A DNA stretch of 64,000 bases from an uncultured Candidatus Actinomarina sp. (GTDB lineage: Bacteria > Actinomycetota > Acidimicrobiia > Actinomarinales > Actinomarinaceae), in NCBI GenBank assembly GCA_902627635.1, contig CACOKA010000001.1, positions 34,778 to 98,777 of the forward strand, written 5' to 3'. Below, one piece after another: positions 10,445-19,604 of this stretch (position 1 is its first letter; each line of letters starts with the position of its first letter). The notes beneath the pieces were generated by a model. It did no database searches. It was not told the DNA's origin and saw only the letters and a list, made by a program, of their open reading frames with translations. The position numbers and the translations under genes are program-made.

Positions 10445-10924
10445 CTAGTTTTGTTCTAATGGAGGCTCAGGTCTAGTTGCAAGCCAAACACAAAGTGCTA
10501 CTCCAAACGAGCCAAAAATTAAATCACCAACTAAAGAAAAAACCAAAAATATAGTTATTGCAAATGTAGGAACAATCATAACTATGGCAAGTTTTTTTGC
10601 TCGCCTTGATAATCCTCGATAAGTTTTCCAATTTAAAATCATTGGACCAAACAATCGATGATTTTCTAGCCAATTCGTAAATCTATCTGAACATTTTGAA
10701 AATGCCCAAGCAGCAATAAGTATAAAAACTGTAGTAGGTAGGCCAGGAATTAGTATTCCAACATAACCTAAAGACAGAGACAAAATTCCTAAAGTAAAAA
10801 AGAAAGGCTTATGAATCTTTAAAAATATATTTGGAAAAAATCTATACAAAATAATCAATAAAAATATAGATGCACCAATGTACAAAAATAGGTTTCGAGG
10901 AATTTGTTGTAAAAAATTTTCCAT
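10445..10924 (-). CDS. ybaN: DUF454/YbaN-family inner membrane protein
   Basis: The GILIPGLPTTVFILIAAWAFSKCSDRFTNWLENHRLFGP motif is characteristic of YbaN/DUF454. Confidence 0.75.
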   Translation of the reverse strand: MENFLQQIPRNLFLYIGASIFLLIILYRFFPNIFLKIHKPFFFTLGILSLSLGYVGILIPGLPTTVFILIAAWAFSKCSDRFTNWLENHRLFGPMILNWKTYRGLSRRAKKLAIVMIVPTFAITIFLVFSLVGDLIFGSFGVALCVWLATRPEPPLEQN

Positions 10925-10964
10925 ATTTAATTATTCAATAAATCACAAATAATCATAAATTGTG

Positions 10965-11678
10965 TCAGCTTACAAATACCCTTTTTGCAATAAATTTATC
11001 AATCCCAAAATAATCACTTTTATTAGTACTAATTGTTATTGAATAATCTCCTGCATCTGCAACGACTACCTCTGTACCTGGAAGCATTTCATGAGTCTGT
11101 AGAAAATCTATCATTGAAGCATCTTTTTTTAATTCTTCGGTTATTTTCTCAATTGAGTATTTTTTATTTGATTCTACATTTAACAAATTTTCCATCTTTT
11201 TTTCTTGATAGTTTGAGTATGGTATTGGATTACCGAATGGACCTGTATTTGGATATCCAAGTAACTTAAGCATTGCTTTTTCTGTAACAGGGCTTAAAAC
11301 ATTTTCCCATCTTGAAGTTTCCTCGTAAACTTTGTCCCAAGGTAAATTTAAAACTTCTGAAAGAAATCTTTCGGTAATTCTATGCCTTCTTGAAATACAT
11401 TTTGCTAGGCATAAGCCAGTGTCGGTAAGCTCTAGACTATCATTTAATTTAATCAAACCACTATTTTGCATTCTCCCAACCACCTGGGAAACATTTGCTC
11501 TACTAACACCGATCCACTCGGCAACTCTTGTTTGTTTTATTTCAATTCCAACTTCTTGTAAGTGAAATATTGCTTCTGCATGGGTATAAAAAGACTTTGG
11601 AAATTTTTCAATTTCTTCATGACTTAAAATCAGCTCATCATTTGGGCTATTCGGTGAATTTAGTTCATCTATTTGCAT
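10965..11678 (-). CDS. Metal (Fe/Mn)-dependent transcriptional repressor, DtxR/IdeR family with a C-terminal SH3-like (FeoA) domain
   Basis: HTH RVAEWIGVSRANVSQVVGRMQNSGLI. The metal-site region RHRITERFLSEVLNLPWDKVYEETSRWENVLSPVTE aligns with DtxR (RLAERLLTDIIGLD...EACRWEHVMSDEVE). PFGNPIP motif present. Confidence 0.85.
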   Translation of the reverse strand: MQIDELNSPNSPNDELILSHEEIEKFPKSFYTHAEAIFHLQEVGIEIKQTRVAEWIGVSRANVSQVVGRMQNSGLIKLNDSLELTDTGLCLAKCISRRHRITERFLSEVLNLPWDKVYEETSRWENVLSPVTEKAMLKLLGYPNTGPFGNPIPYSNYQEKKMENLLNVESNKKYSIEKITEELKKDASMIDFLQTHEMLPGTEVVVADAGDYSITISTNKSDYFGIDKFIAKRVFVS

Positions 11679-11727
11679 ATTGTAATTATGTTAACAGGTA
11701 TTAACATTTTAGCTATTTAAAGGGTTT

Positions 11728-11844
11728 CTAAAATATAGGACAGCCAACAACTGCAGTTAATGCTATAAAAGCTAGCCATATTAAGGGCTCAAATCTGGTA
11801 ATAATTTTTGGGTTATCTTCGATTTCTTTAATGTTGTTTTCCAT
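11728..11844 (-). CDS. Hypothetical 38-aa peptide upstream of and co-oriented with the DtxR-like gene
   Basis: ORF MENNIKEIEDNPKIITRFEPLIWLAFIALTAVVGCPIF with a hydrophobic C-terminal half. Too short for the track. Support is weak. Confidence 0.2.
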   Translation of the reverse strand: MENNIKEIEDNPKIITRFEPLIWLAFIALTAVVGCPIF

Positions 11845-11960
11845 TTCTTTTATCTTAACATTGTTGTAAAATAATTATATGGCTTGTCCCTTTGCATATG
11901 TATTAGTTGCCTTTATGTGGATTGTACGAAATGGTGGAAAACTTTTCCCGCGTGCATTAG

Positions 11961-13007
11961 TTAAGCAGTTTTCAAAGCTCTAACTTTAATTTTTTTTGCA
12001 TCTTCTACAATTGACACAAGCAGATCTATAGTCTCATTAGAATCATTCAAACAAGGTATATAAGTCATTTTTTCTCCACCTGAATCCATAAATGTTTTTC
12101 TTCCTCTAATGTCAATTTCTTCTAATGTTTCAAGACAATCAGATATAAAAGATGGACACAAAACACCAACGGATTTTGCTCCTTCTGAGGGTAAAACCTC
12201 TAGTCTTTTGTCTGTAAAAGGAGTCAACCATCCCGGCCCAATCCTTGATTGGTAGGCAATTTCCCATTCAGAAGTTTTTAATCCTAACTCTTTTGCAATC
12301 AAAATTGAAGACTGAACTGTGTGTGCTTTGTAACAATCTGCAGATCCAAGGCTTTCAACTTCGCAACAGTCATTACTTTCAAAACAGTGGGACCCTGTTT
12401 CATCTGTCTTTCTTGCCTGTCGCTTTGGTATACCGTGATAGCTAAATATTAATTTATCAAAATTATGCTCTAACAAATATTTTCTTACACCTTTGGATAT
12501 AGCTTTTATGTATTTCTCATTTTTATAAAAAGGTTTGATAAAATTTAATTCGGCCTCTGGAAAAACTTTATTAGCAAGTCTCTCTACTTCAACCTTCGTT
12601 GTGATTGTAGTTGCCATTGCATTATGAGGATATAATGGCACAACATATATTTTATTAAATCCATTTAGTTTCAAATTATTTAATGCTAATTCAATACTGG
12701 GATCTTCATATCTCATTGCAATCTCAACATGCCAACCAGTCTTTTTAATAAGTTTATTTTTAATGTTTAAGGTAGAAATAATTAAAGGAGACCCAGCATT
12801 TGTCCAAATTTGTTCATAAGCGTGAAGTGTTTGTTTTGGTCTAAAAGGAAGAATGAATAACTTAAGGATTAATTGCTGTAGAAATTTAGGAATATCAACA
12901 ACATAATCATCTGAAAGAAAAACATCTAAATACTTTCTTACGCTTTTTTTATCAAGTTTTTTTGGAGAACCTAAATTTACTAATAATACTGCTTCTTTTG
13001 ATTTCAT
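11961..13007 (-). CDS. hemH: Ferrochelatase
   Basis: LLVNLGSP N-terminus and a YQSRIGPGWLTP...CPSFISDCLETLEEI C-terminal region typical of HemH. Confidence 0.9.
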   Translation of the reverse strand: MKSKEAVLLVNLGSPKKLDKKSVRKYLDVFLSDDYVVDIPKFLQQLILKLFILPFRPKQTLHAYEQIWTNAGSPLIISTLNIKNKLIKKTGWHVEIAMRYEDPSIELALNNLKLNGFNKIYVVPLYPHNAMATTITTKVEVERLANKVFPEAELNFIKPFYKNEKYIKAISKGVRKYLLEHNFDKLIFSYHGIPKRQARKTDETGSHCFESNDCCEVESLGSADCYKAHTVQSSILIAKELGLKTSEWEIAYQSRIGPGWLTPFTDKRLEVLPSEGAKSVGVLCPSFISDCLETLEEIDIRGRKTFMDSGGEKMTYIPCLNDSNETIDLLVSIVEDAKKIKVRALKTA

Positions 13008-13097
13008 AAGTAACTTAATAATTGTAACTTTTATATCTAAAAAACAATAATTAATAAACCAAAAAAAAATTTTTAAAATAATTCATATTAACTTTAT

Positions 13098-14258
13098 TTG
13101 TTAACTACTATTAACAGTATACAAGCTAATAAAGGAATTAAATTGAACAAAAAATTTATTGCTTTGATTTCTGTAATGCTTATGGTTTTTGCAGCATGTG
13201 CTTCCGAAGGTGAGCAAGGCGCACAAGGACCAGCAGGTGAAGCAGGTCCAGCAGGTCCTGCAGGTGAAGTTTCACAGGAAGCAATTGATGCTGCTGTTGA
13301 AGCTGCATTAGCTGAGCCTGAAGCAGAAGTTGGAGGAACACTTGTTATCTATAGTGGTAGAAAAGAAAGTTTAGTTGCTGATGTAATTGCAGCTTTTGAA
13401 GCTTCTTCTGGTGTAGATGTTGAGGTTAGATATGCAAAGAGTGCTGCCTTAGCAGGAACACTAGAGCTTGAAGGAGCAATTAGTCCAGCTGACGTATTTT
13501 TCTCACAAGATCCGGTAAGTCTTGGTGTAGTTGCCAAAGCAGGTTTATTTGATAGATTACCAGCTGACTTATTAGACAATGTTCCATCATGGGCTGTTGA
13601 TAGAAATGGTTTTTGGGTTGGTACATCAGGAAGGTCACGATCATTGGTTGTTGACACTAGAGATGTAACTGATGCAGAGATGCCAAGTGATATCTATGGT
13701 CTAGCAGATGAAAAGTTTAGAAATAGATTAGGGCTAGCACCAACAAACTCATCATTTATTGCAATGATTGCTTGCATGATTGAGTCTGATGGTGAAGAGA
13801 AAGTTCTAGAGTGGTTAACCGCTATTAATGGACTTGGATATACAGAATATCCAAAGAACTCTCCACAAGTTGCTGCGGCAGATGCTGGTGAGTTAGACAT
13901 TGGAATGATTAATCACTATTACACATTGAGGGTAGTTGCTGAAAATGGTGACAGTCCTGTTAAAAATGTGTACTTAGATGGTGGTTGTGGCGCTATGGTT
14001 ATGCCAGCAGGTGCAGGTGTTTTGGCTACAAGTCAAAACAAACCAGCTGCTTTAGCATTTATTGAGTTTTTACACTCAACAAGTGCTCAAGAGCATTTTA
14101 CTAATACTGTTTATGAGTTCCCTCTCGTTGCAGGTATAACACCAAACGCTTTACTTCCAGATATTGACAGTTTAAATTCTCCATCGAATTTGAACTGGTC
14201 AGCGCTATCACTTTGGCAGGAAAAAGCTGTCGAATTGATTGCGCAAGCAGGTTTCTAG
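13098..14258 (+). CDS. Fe(3+)-type ABC transporter periplasmic substrate-binding lipoprotein (FbpA/AfuA-like)
   Basis: Signal peptide plus lipobox (VFAACAS). The TLVIYSGRKESL motif is typical of the iron(III)/thiamine SBP family. It is followed by a fused two-domain permease and an ATPase. TTG 13143 is a possible alternative start. Confidence 0.75.
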   Translation: MLTTINSIQANKGIKLNKKFIALISVMLMVFAACASEGEQGAQGPAGEAGPAGPAGEVSQEAIDAAVEAALAEPEAEVGGTLVIYSGRKESLVADVIAAFEASSGVDVEVRYAKSAALAGTLELEGAISPADVFFSQDPVSLGVVAKAGLFDRLPADLLDNVPSWAVDRNGFWVGTSGRSRSLVVDTRDVTDAEMPSDIYGLADEKFRNRLGLAPTNSSFIAMIACMIESDGEEKVLEWLTAINGLGYTEYPKNSPQVAAADAGELDIGMINHYYTLRVVAENGDSPVKNVYLDGGCGAMVMPAGAGVLATSQNKPAALAFIEFLHSTSAQEHFTNTVYEFPLVAGITPNALLPDIDSLNSPSNLNWSALSLWQEKAVELIAQAGF

Positions 14259-14297
14259 TCAGTCATTAAATTAACTAGTAAGCTCGAAACCGAATAG

Positions 14298-14337
14298 AAT
14301 TCTGGCCAGGGGTTTCTCTGGCCAGAATTTTTCTTTT
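14298..14337 (+). terminator. Intrinsic terminator/attenuator between the SBP and permease genes
   Basis: Perfect 12-bp stem AATTCTGGCCAG / CTGGCCAGAATT with an 8-nt loop, followed by TTTTCTTTT. Confidence 0.55.
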
Positions 14338-14369
14338 AATAATTCAAAATCAAAGATATCCTTAATAAT

Positions 14370-15926
14370 GTGAAAATTCCTAAAAGTTTAATTTCAATAA
14401 ATTCATTTATATTGATAACTTTTTTAGCACCTGTAATTTATATGCTGTGGAGATTTATCAATTTCTCAAGATCTCTTGGAAGCTTTTTTCAATCTTGGGA
14501 CGTTTTTGGACTACTTTTTAATACAATTTCAGTATTCGTTGCCGTGGTGTTTTCAAGTCTTTTTATCGGATTATTGATATCCATTATTACTGTTAGGTTT
14601 GAATTTCCAGGATCAAAAATTATGTTCACTTTATGTGCACTTCCCTTAGTCATCCCTTCATATATAGGTGCTTTAACTTATATTTCTGCATTTTCTCCTA
14701 AGGGATTATTCGTTCAAATTTTTAGTAGTTTTGGATTAGATGAAATTAGGGGTATTGAGGGATTTCTTGGTAGCTGGCTTGTTTTGACATTATTTACCTA
14801 TCCATATGTTCAACTTATTTGTAGTAGTGCTTTAAGAAACTTGGACTCAACTGTTGAAGATGCAGCAAGATCATTAGGTGTAAACCAATTAAAAGTTTAT
14901 ACAAATGTTGTTATTCCAAGATTGAAAAAACCAATAATTTATTCTGGCCTGTTAGTTGGACTCTATGTAATTTCAGATTTTGGAGCAGTTTCTTTGATGA
15001 GATACTCCACTGTTACTAAAGCAATTTATGCGTATTATGAATTCAGCATTCTTGGGGATCCAGTAATCTTTTATTCAAGCCTTCTTATTGTCTTGGCTTT
15101 GATCATAAGTTTCGTACAAAGAGGTTCTGCAACCTCAAGATCTGCAAAAGTCTCAGGAACCCCAAGAATACCAAAAAAAATAACATTAGATAGAAACGGT
15201 AAAATAATAATTTATTCTTTCTTAGGGTTTGTAATCTTTCTTGGACTTGTAATACCAATATCAGTTTTAAGTTTTTGGTTATTTAGAGGTATTTATTATG
15301 GTAATGATGTTAGTTCATCGCTTCCAGGAATTTTTGGTTCTTTCTCAGCAGCCATTGTAACCTCTATATTTGCCATCATTATTTCAATGCCAATAGTCAT
15401 ATTAATTTCTCAATATAAATCAAGATTTGGGGATATACTCGAAAAACTTATGTTGTCTCTGTATGGTTTACCACATCTTGCTGTTGGAGTTTCAATATTA
15501 TTTATATCTGTGAAAATATTTCCAAGCGTATACCAAAGTTTTTTCGCACTTGTAATTTCATATTTGATTGTTTTTCTTCCTCAAGCGATTGGTGGGGGCC
15601 AAGCATCAATGGAACAAGTAAAGTCCTCATATATTGAAGCAAGTCTTGGTTTAGGTCAATCTAAAATCGATACATTCAGAAAAATTACATTTCCATTAAT
15701 TTATAGAGGCTTATTTGCAGGGGGAGCGCTTGTTTTTCTATCTACAATGAAAGAACTTCCACAAACTCTTTTATTAAGACCAACTGAATTTAACACAATG
15801 GCAGTTGATGTATGGTCTTTTGCATCAGAAGCATTATTTACCCAAGCTGCATTTTCTGCCTTTATATTGTTGGCAATAAGTGCAATCCCTACTTATATAT
15901 TAAGTACAAGGAATTTAACAGTTTAA
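14370..15926 (+). CDS. Fe(3+) ABC transporter permease (fused two-domain, FbpB-like)
   Basis: 518 aa with about 12 TM helices in two ABC TM1 modules (EAA-like loops) in the SBP-permease-ATPase operon. Confidence 0.85.
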   Translation: MKIPKSLISINSFILITFLAPVIYMLWRFINFSRSLGSFFQSWDVFGLLFNTISVFVAVVFSSLFIGLLISIITVRFEFPGSKIMFTLCALPLVIPSYIGALTYISAFSPKGLFVQIFSSFGLDEIRGIEGFLGSWLVLTLFTYPYVQLICSSALRNLDSTVEDAARSLGVNQLKVYTNVVIPRLKKPIIYSGLLVGLYVISDFGAVSLMRYSTVTKAIYAYYEFSILGDPVIFYSSLLIVLALIISFVQRGSATSRSAKVSGTPRIPKKITLDRNGKIIIYSFLGFVIFLGLVIPISVLSFWLFRGIYYGNDVSSSLPGIFGSFSAAIVTSIFAIIISMPIVILISQYKSRFGDILEKLMLSLYGLPHLAVGVSILFISVKIFPSVYQSFFALVISYLIVFLPQAIGGGQASMEQVKSSYIEASLGLGQSKIDTFRKITFPLIYRGLFAGGALVFLSTMKELPQTLLLRPTEFNTMAVDVWSFASEALFTQAAFSAFILLAISAIPTYILSTRNLTV

Positions 15927-15928
15927 AA

Positions 15929-16954
15929 ATGGTTTTTGATAATTTAATTATAAGAGCAAGATCCCTTTCAAAATCTTATGGTACAGAAAATGTACTAACT
16001 GACTTTAATATTGACATTTGGTATGGATCAATATTTGGGATTTTAGGTGTTTCAGGCTCTGGTAAAACAACTGCATTGAGATTACTTGCTGGGTTTGAAA
16101 ATCCAGATAACGGAACAATTGAAATGCATAACAAAGTTATCTTTGATGAGAAAACAAACATTCCACCTGAAGAAAGAAAAATCGGTATGGTTTTTCAAGA
16201 TTATGCTTTATTTCCTCATTTAACAGTTGAAAAAAATATTGCTTTTGGTTTAAACAGAGAAGAAATAAAAAATGGAAGACTTGATGAAGTAATTAGTATG
16301 ACAAATTTAAATTCATACAGGAATAAATATCCACAAGATATCTCTGGAGGGCAACAACAAAGAGTAGCACTAGCAAGAGCCTTAGCCCCAAAGCCAGAGG
16401 TAATATTGTTGGACGAACCCTTCACAAGTCTAGATGCACAGATGGCAAGAGATCTTAGAGAAGAAGTAGTTTCTTTGCTCAGAGCAACAAAAACAACAGG
16501 AATTATAGTTACTCATGACCAGGAAGAAGCACTTTCAGTTTGTGATATTGTTAGTGTCCTCGAAAATGGAAAAGTAATTCAAAGTGCTACTCCGCAAGAA
16601 ATATACCTTAATCCAATAAGTCAAACTGTTGCAAACTCCGTAGGAGACCCAAATATCATAAAAGGAATTTCAACTAATGGTAGAGTTAAAACTTCTCTAG
16701 GTACCTTTAATTCAGCCTACGATGGAGAATTAGATGTATCAATAAGGCCAGAGTGTATAGAAGTAAATCTAGATTCTAAAGGTGATTATATTGTAAAAGA
16801 ATGTATTTTCTATGGTCATGATCAAGTTATCTCGTTTGAAAATAAAAATGGTGAGGTTTTCAGAGCAAGATCTTTGCCCTCAATGATTTTTGAACCAGGT
16901 GACAAAGTGTGTATTGATGTAACTGAAGTTACAACGTTTCCCTCAAAGAACTGA
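15929..16954 (+). CDS. Fe(3+)/polyamine-type ABC importer ATP-binding protein (FbpC-like)
   Basis: Walker A GVSGSGKTT, signature LSGGQQQRVALARAL, Walker B ILLDEPFTSLD, plus a C-terminal TOBE-like domain. The true ATG at 15929 is in frame with track ORF 15812..16954. Confidence 0.9.
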   Translation: MVFDNLIIRARSLSKSYGTENVLTDFNIDIWYGSIFGILGVSGSGKTTALRLLAGFENPDNGTIEMHNKVIFDEKTNIPPEERKIGMVFQDYALFPHLTVEKNIAFGLNREEIKNGRLDEVISMTNLNSYRNKYPQDISGGQQQRVALARALAPKPEVILLDEPFTSLDAQMARDLREEVVSLLRATKTTGIIVTHDQEEALSVCDIVSVLENGKVIQSATPQEIYLNPISQTVANSVGDPNIIKGISTNGRVKTSLGTFNSAYDGELDVSIRPECIEVNLDSKGDYIVKECIFYGHDQVISFENKNGEVFRARSLPSMIFEPGDKVCIDVTEVTTFPSKN

Positions 16955-17164
16955 ATTAATTTCTGCAATTCTTCCCGCAATAATTTGAAGATTACTCTCA
17001 ATTTCAGCCAATCTTGCCTGAGCTCTTTTGTTTGAATTTTCAGATATAAACTCTCTTGAAGAAGATAGAGATTTAGAAATATCATTAATTTCATTGAGAA
17101 TTTTTTCAATTTCTTGGTAAATTTCTTGTTTATTCATATTTTGGTAGATGTTTGTAAATTCCAT
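16943..17164 (-). CDS. Hypothetical 73-aa coiled-coil protein, divergent from the heliorhodopsin gene
   Basis: ORF with heptad-like charged/hydrophobic periodicity. No recognisable family. Confidence 0.3.
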   Translation of the reverse strand: MEFTNIYQNMNKQEIYQEIEKILNEINDISKSLSSSREFISENSNKRAQARLAEIESNLQIIAGRIAEINSVL

Positions 17165-17176
17165 ATTAATATGTGA

Positions 17177-18001
17177 GTGTCAAAGGGGGAAAATTTGATA
17201 TCTGAAAAAATCGGAAAACTTAGACGTTTTAACATCATCATGGGCTTCATGCATCTCATACAGGGTTCGGCATTGTTTTGGTTAGGAACTGTAGTCAATT
17301 CTGATTTTGTAGTCCCTATAACTCTTACACAACTAGTGGGCGAGGGTAGTCCAAATGACCCGTCATCATTTGCTCTAGTACCAAAACTTGAAATTTGGAG
17401 AGAGGTAACAAATTTTGGTCCAGCAGTAGCAACATTTTTATTAGCATCTGCAGTTGCACATTTTCTAATCTCAGGCCCTTTTTATGATAAATACAAAGAA
17501 GATCTTGGAAAAGGAATCAACAAGGTTCGTTGGATTGAATACTCAATAAGTGCATCGGTAATGATAGTTTTAATTGCACTGTTGGTAGGTATTTATGATA
17601 TCTGGGCATTACTAGGTATATTTTTTATGAATGCTGCAATGTGTTGGTTTGGATGGATGATGGAAGTCAACAATCAGTACACTGATAGAGTTGATTGGAC
17701 AAGCTATATCATGGGTTGTCTCGTTGGTGTTGCGCCATGGATTTTTATATTTATCAATTTAATTGGGGATGGTGTCGCAACAGACTCAAATCCACAAGGT
17801 GTACCGCAGTTTGTTGTTTGGATATTTGTAAGCATATTTCTATTCTTCAACACCTTTTCAATAAACATGGTCCTCCAATATAAAGGTGTAGGAAAATGGA
17901 AAGATTATCTTTATGGTGAGAGAGCATATATATGGCTTAGCTTATTAGCAAAGACAGCTCTTGCCTGGCAAGTATTTTTTGGAACTTACCAACCAAATTA
18001 A
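17177..18001 (+). CDS. Heliorhodopsin (inverted-topology microbial rhodopsin)
   Basis: 274 aa, 7 TM. Close match to my memory of heliorhodopsin 48C12: VRWIEYSISASVMIVLIA, and the C-terminal QYKGVGKWKDYLYGERAYIWLSLLAKTALAWQVFFGT with the TM7 lysine. GTG start. Confidence 0.8.
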   Translation: MSKGENLISEKIGKLRRFNIIMGFMHLIQGSALFWLGTVVNSDFVVPITLTQLVGEGSPNDPSSFALVPKLEIWREVTNFGPAVATFLLASAVAHFLISGPFYDKYKEDLGKGINKVRWIEYSISASVMIVLIALLVGIYDIWALLGIFFMNAAMCWFGWMMEVNNQYTDRVDWTSYIMGCLVGVAPWIFIFINLIGDGVATDSNPQGVPQFVVWIFVSIFLFFNTFSINMVLQYKGVGKWKDYLYGERAYIWLSLLAKTALAWQVFFGTYQPN

Positions 18002-18008
18002 ATTACTT

Positions 18009-18030
18009 GATTTTTCTAAATAGAAAAATC
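18009..18030. terminator. AT-rich palindrome between convergent heliorhodopsin and AlkP-like genes (possible bidirectional terminator)
   Basis: GATTTTTCTA-AA-TAGAAAAATC forms a 10-bp perfect inverted repeat. The stem is AT-rich and therefore weak. Confidence 0.25.
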
Positions 18031-18076
18031 ATGATTATTAAGACAAACATCATACCTATATAAGACAAAACCATAA

Positions 18077-19162
18077 TTAATTTACTATTTCAATCAAGGG
18101 AATATAAACCTCTGTCTTAGAAAGTCCTCCGTGATACCCTTTTAAGTTTGCACTTAGATGATTTGGAAAAATTATGTTTCCCTCATCTAGAAGAAAAATT
18201 TGCTCTGGATAAAAATTTTCTATATCTTCATTAGTAGCTGTACCTAATAAAGAGATTATTTCTTCTTTTTCTAAAAAATACCCTGGAACGTTCTTGAATA
18301 CTTTTTCAATGCTTTCAACATCCCCATTTATATATACTGCTCTTTGATCGCCATAAATTTTTACAGATTCATCATATTCAAGTCTAAATTTGTTTTGGTC
18401 TTCAATATTAACCACTCCATGGTCAGCAGTTATGCACGTATATCTATTTGAATCTATTTTTATCATTCTTGATAAAAATTCTGAAAAGATATTTACTTCA
18501 TTTCGCCATTCGTCACTATTTGTTCCATATACGTGTGCTGCAACATCAATCACTGGATAATATATGTAATTAAAGTGATTATCTAATATTTCGGATAAAG
18601 ATAAAATATTCTCAAGTTCATTTAAATTTTCATAGCCTATTTGATTCGCACCCATATATATGTGATCAGATAGAGGGCTACCGATTAAATTTTTTGGTTG
18701 AATAACATTGAAATTAATTTTATTTTGACTCAATATATTCCAAATAGTTTTTTGGGAAGAGAAAAAATCATTATTTTTTAAGTAAGTTTCAGAACCTTTC
18801 CAATTTAAGGTATTGATTAATTTATTTTCCTGTTTAGCAAAATGAAAATAACCAATCAAACCATTATCTATTGGTTTAGAAGCAAAATTAATTGAACTTA
18901 AGGCAACACTTGTAGAGCTAGGAAACGTAGAGACTATCTCATCGGTTTGGTTATTGGTAAATAAATTATCTAAATTTTCGATATTTTTGCTACCTAAGCC
19001 ATCAACTAAAATAAAGTTTATTTTTTTGATTGATTGATCGTACTTCTTTAGGACTAATTTTTGGTTAACATTAAATATCTTTTCTGAACAAATGTTATTG
19101 ATTAATACCTGTACAAGATCTGTTAGATTTGGAGAATCTAGAAAAAAATTATTTTTATCCAT
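18077..19162 (-). CDS. Alkaline-phosphatase superfamily protein (type I phosphodiesterase/nucleotide pyrophosphatase-like)
   Basis: Metal-ligand motifs ILVDGLGS near the N-terminus and ITADHG further in, typical of the AlkP/ENPP-like fold. Confidence 0.65.
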   Translation of the reverse strand: MDKNNFFLDSPNLTDLVQVLINNICSEKIFNVNQKLVLKKYDQSIKKINFILVDGLGSKNIENLDNLFTNNQTDEIVSTFPSSTSVALSSINFASKPIDNGLIGYFHFAKQENKLINTLNWKGSETYLKNNDFFSSQKTIWNILSQNKINFNVIQPKNLIGSPLSDHIYMGANQIGYENLNELENILSLSEILDNHFNYIYYPVIDVAAHVYGTNSDEWRNEVNIFSEFLSRMIKIDSNRYTCITADHGVVNIEDQNKFRLEYDESVKIYGDQRAVYINGDVESIEKVFKNVPGYFLEKEEIISLLGTATNEDIENFYPEQIFLLDEGNIIFPNHLSANLKGYHGGLSKTEVYIPLIEIVN

Positions 19163-19238
19163 AAAAAAATTTTACAAAAGAATTCCTCTGAAGTTTGAAA
19201 TAAAACTAAACTTTTTATGAGCATACTAAAGTTATTAT

Positions 19239-19604
19239 ATGATTTCTTATTTTCAGGATTACGTTACTGTTGGGGCAATGATAGGTCTCGGACTTGTCTT
19301 GTTTCTAGTTTTTATTTCCGTATCTGCATTACTTAGTCCCAAAAAACCAACTCCAGAAAAAGTTAAAACATACGAGTGCGGAGTAGATCCAGTAGGTGGT
19401 GGATGGAGCCAAACTTATGTTAGATACTATATATTTGGTTTATTATTTGTAATTTTTGACGTTGAGGCAGTATTTATTTTTCCATGGGCACTGAATCTAG
19501 AAAATCTTGGATACTTTGGCTTGGTTGAAATGTTTATCTTTATTTTTATTCTCTTACTTGGTTTGATATATGCAATTAGAAAGGATGTCCTCAAATGGGA
19601 GTAA
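19239..19604 (+). CDS. nuoA: Complex I subunit A (second, 11-subunit operon)
   Basis: 121 aa, 3 TM, YECG motif, [12 protein letters not shown]. Confidence 0.85.
   Translation: MISYFQDYVTVGAMIGLGLVLFLVFISVSALLSPKKPTPEKVKTYECGVDPVGGGWSQTYVRYYIFGLLFVIFDVEAVFIFPWALNLENLGYFGLVEMFIFIFILLLGLIYAIRKDVLKWE

Noticed and set aside
15812-15928. N-terminal extensions of track ORFs (15812, 46313, 22698, 388, 37130, 7561) overlapping the upstream gene
   Set aside because: The conserved protein N-termini and Shine-Dalgarno positions indicate downstream in-frame starts (15929, 46424, 22812, 436, 37157, 7597). The extensions are read-through of the upstream gene's 3' end in another frame.
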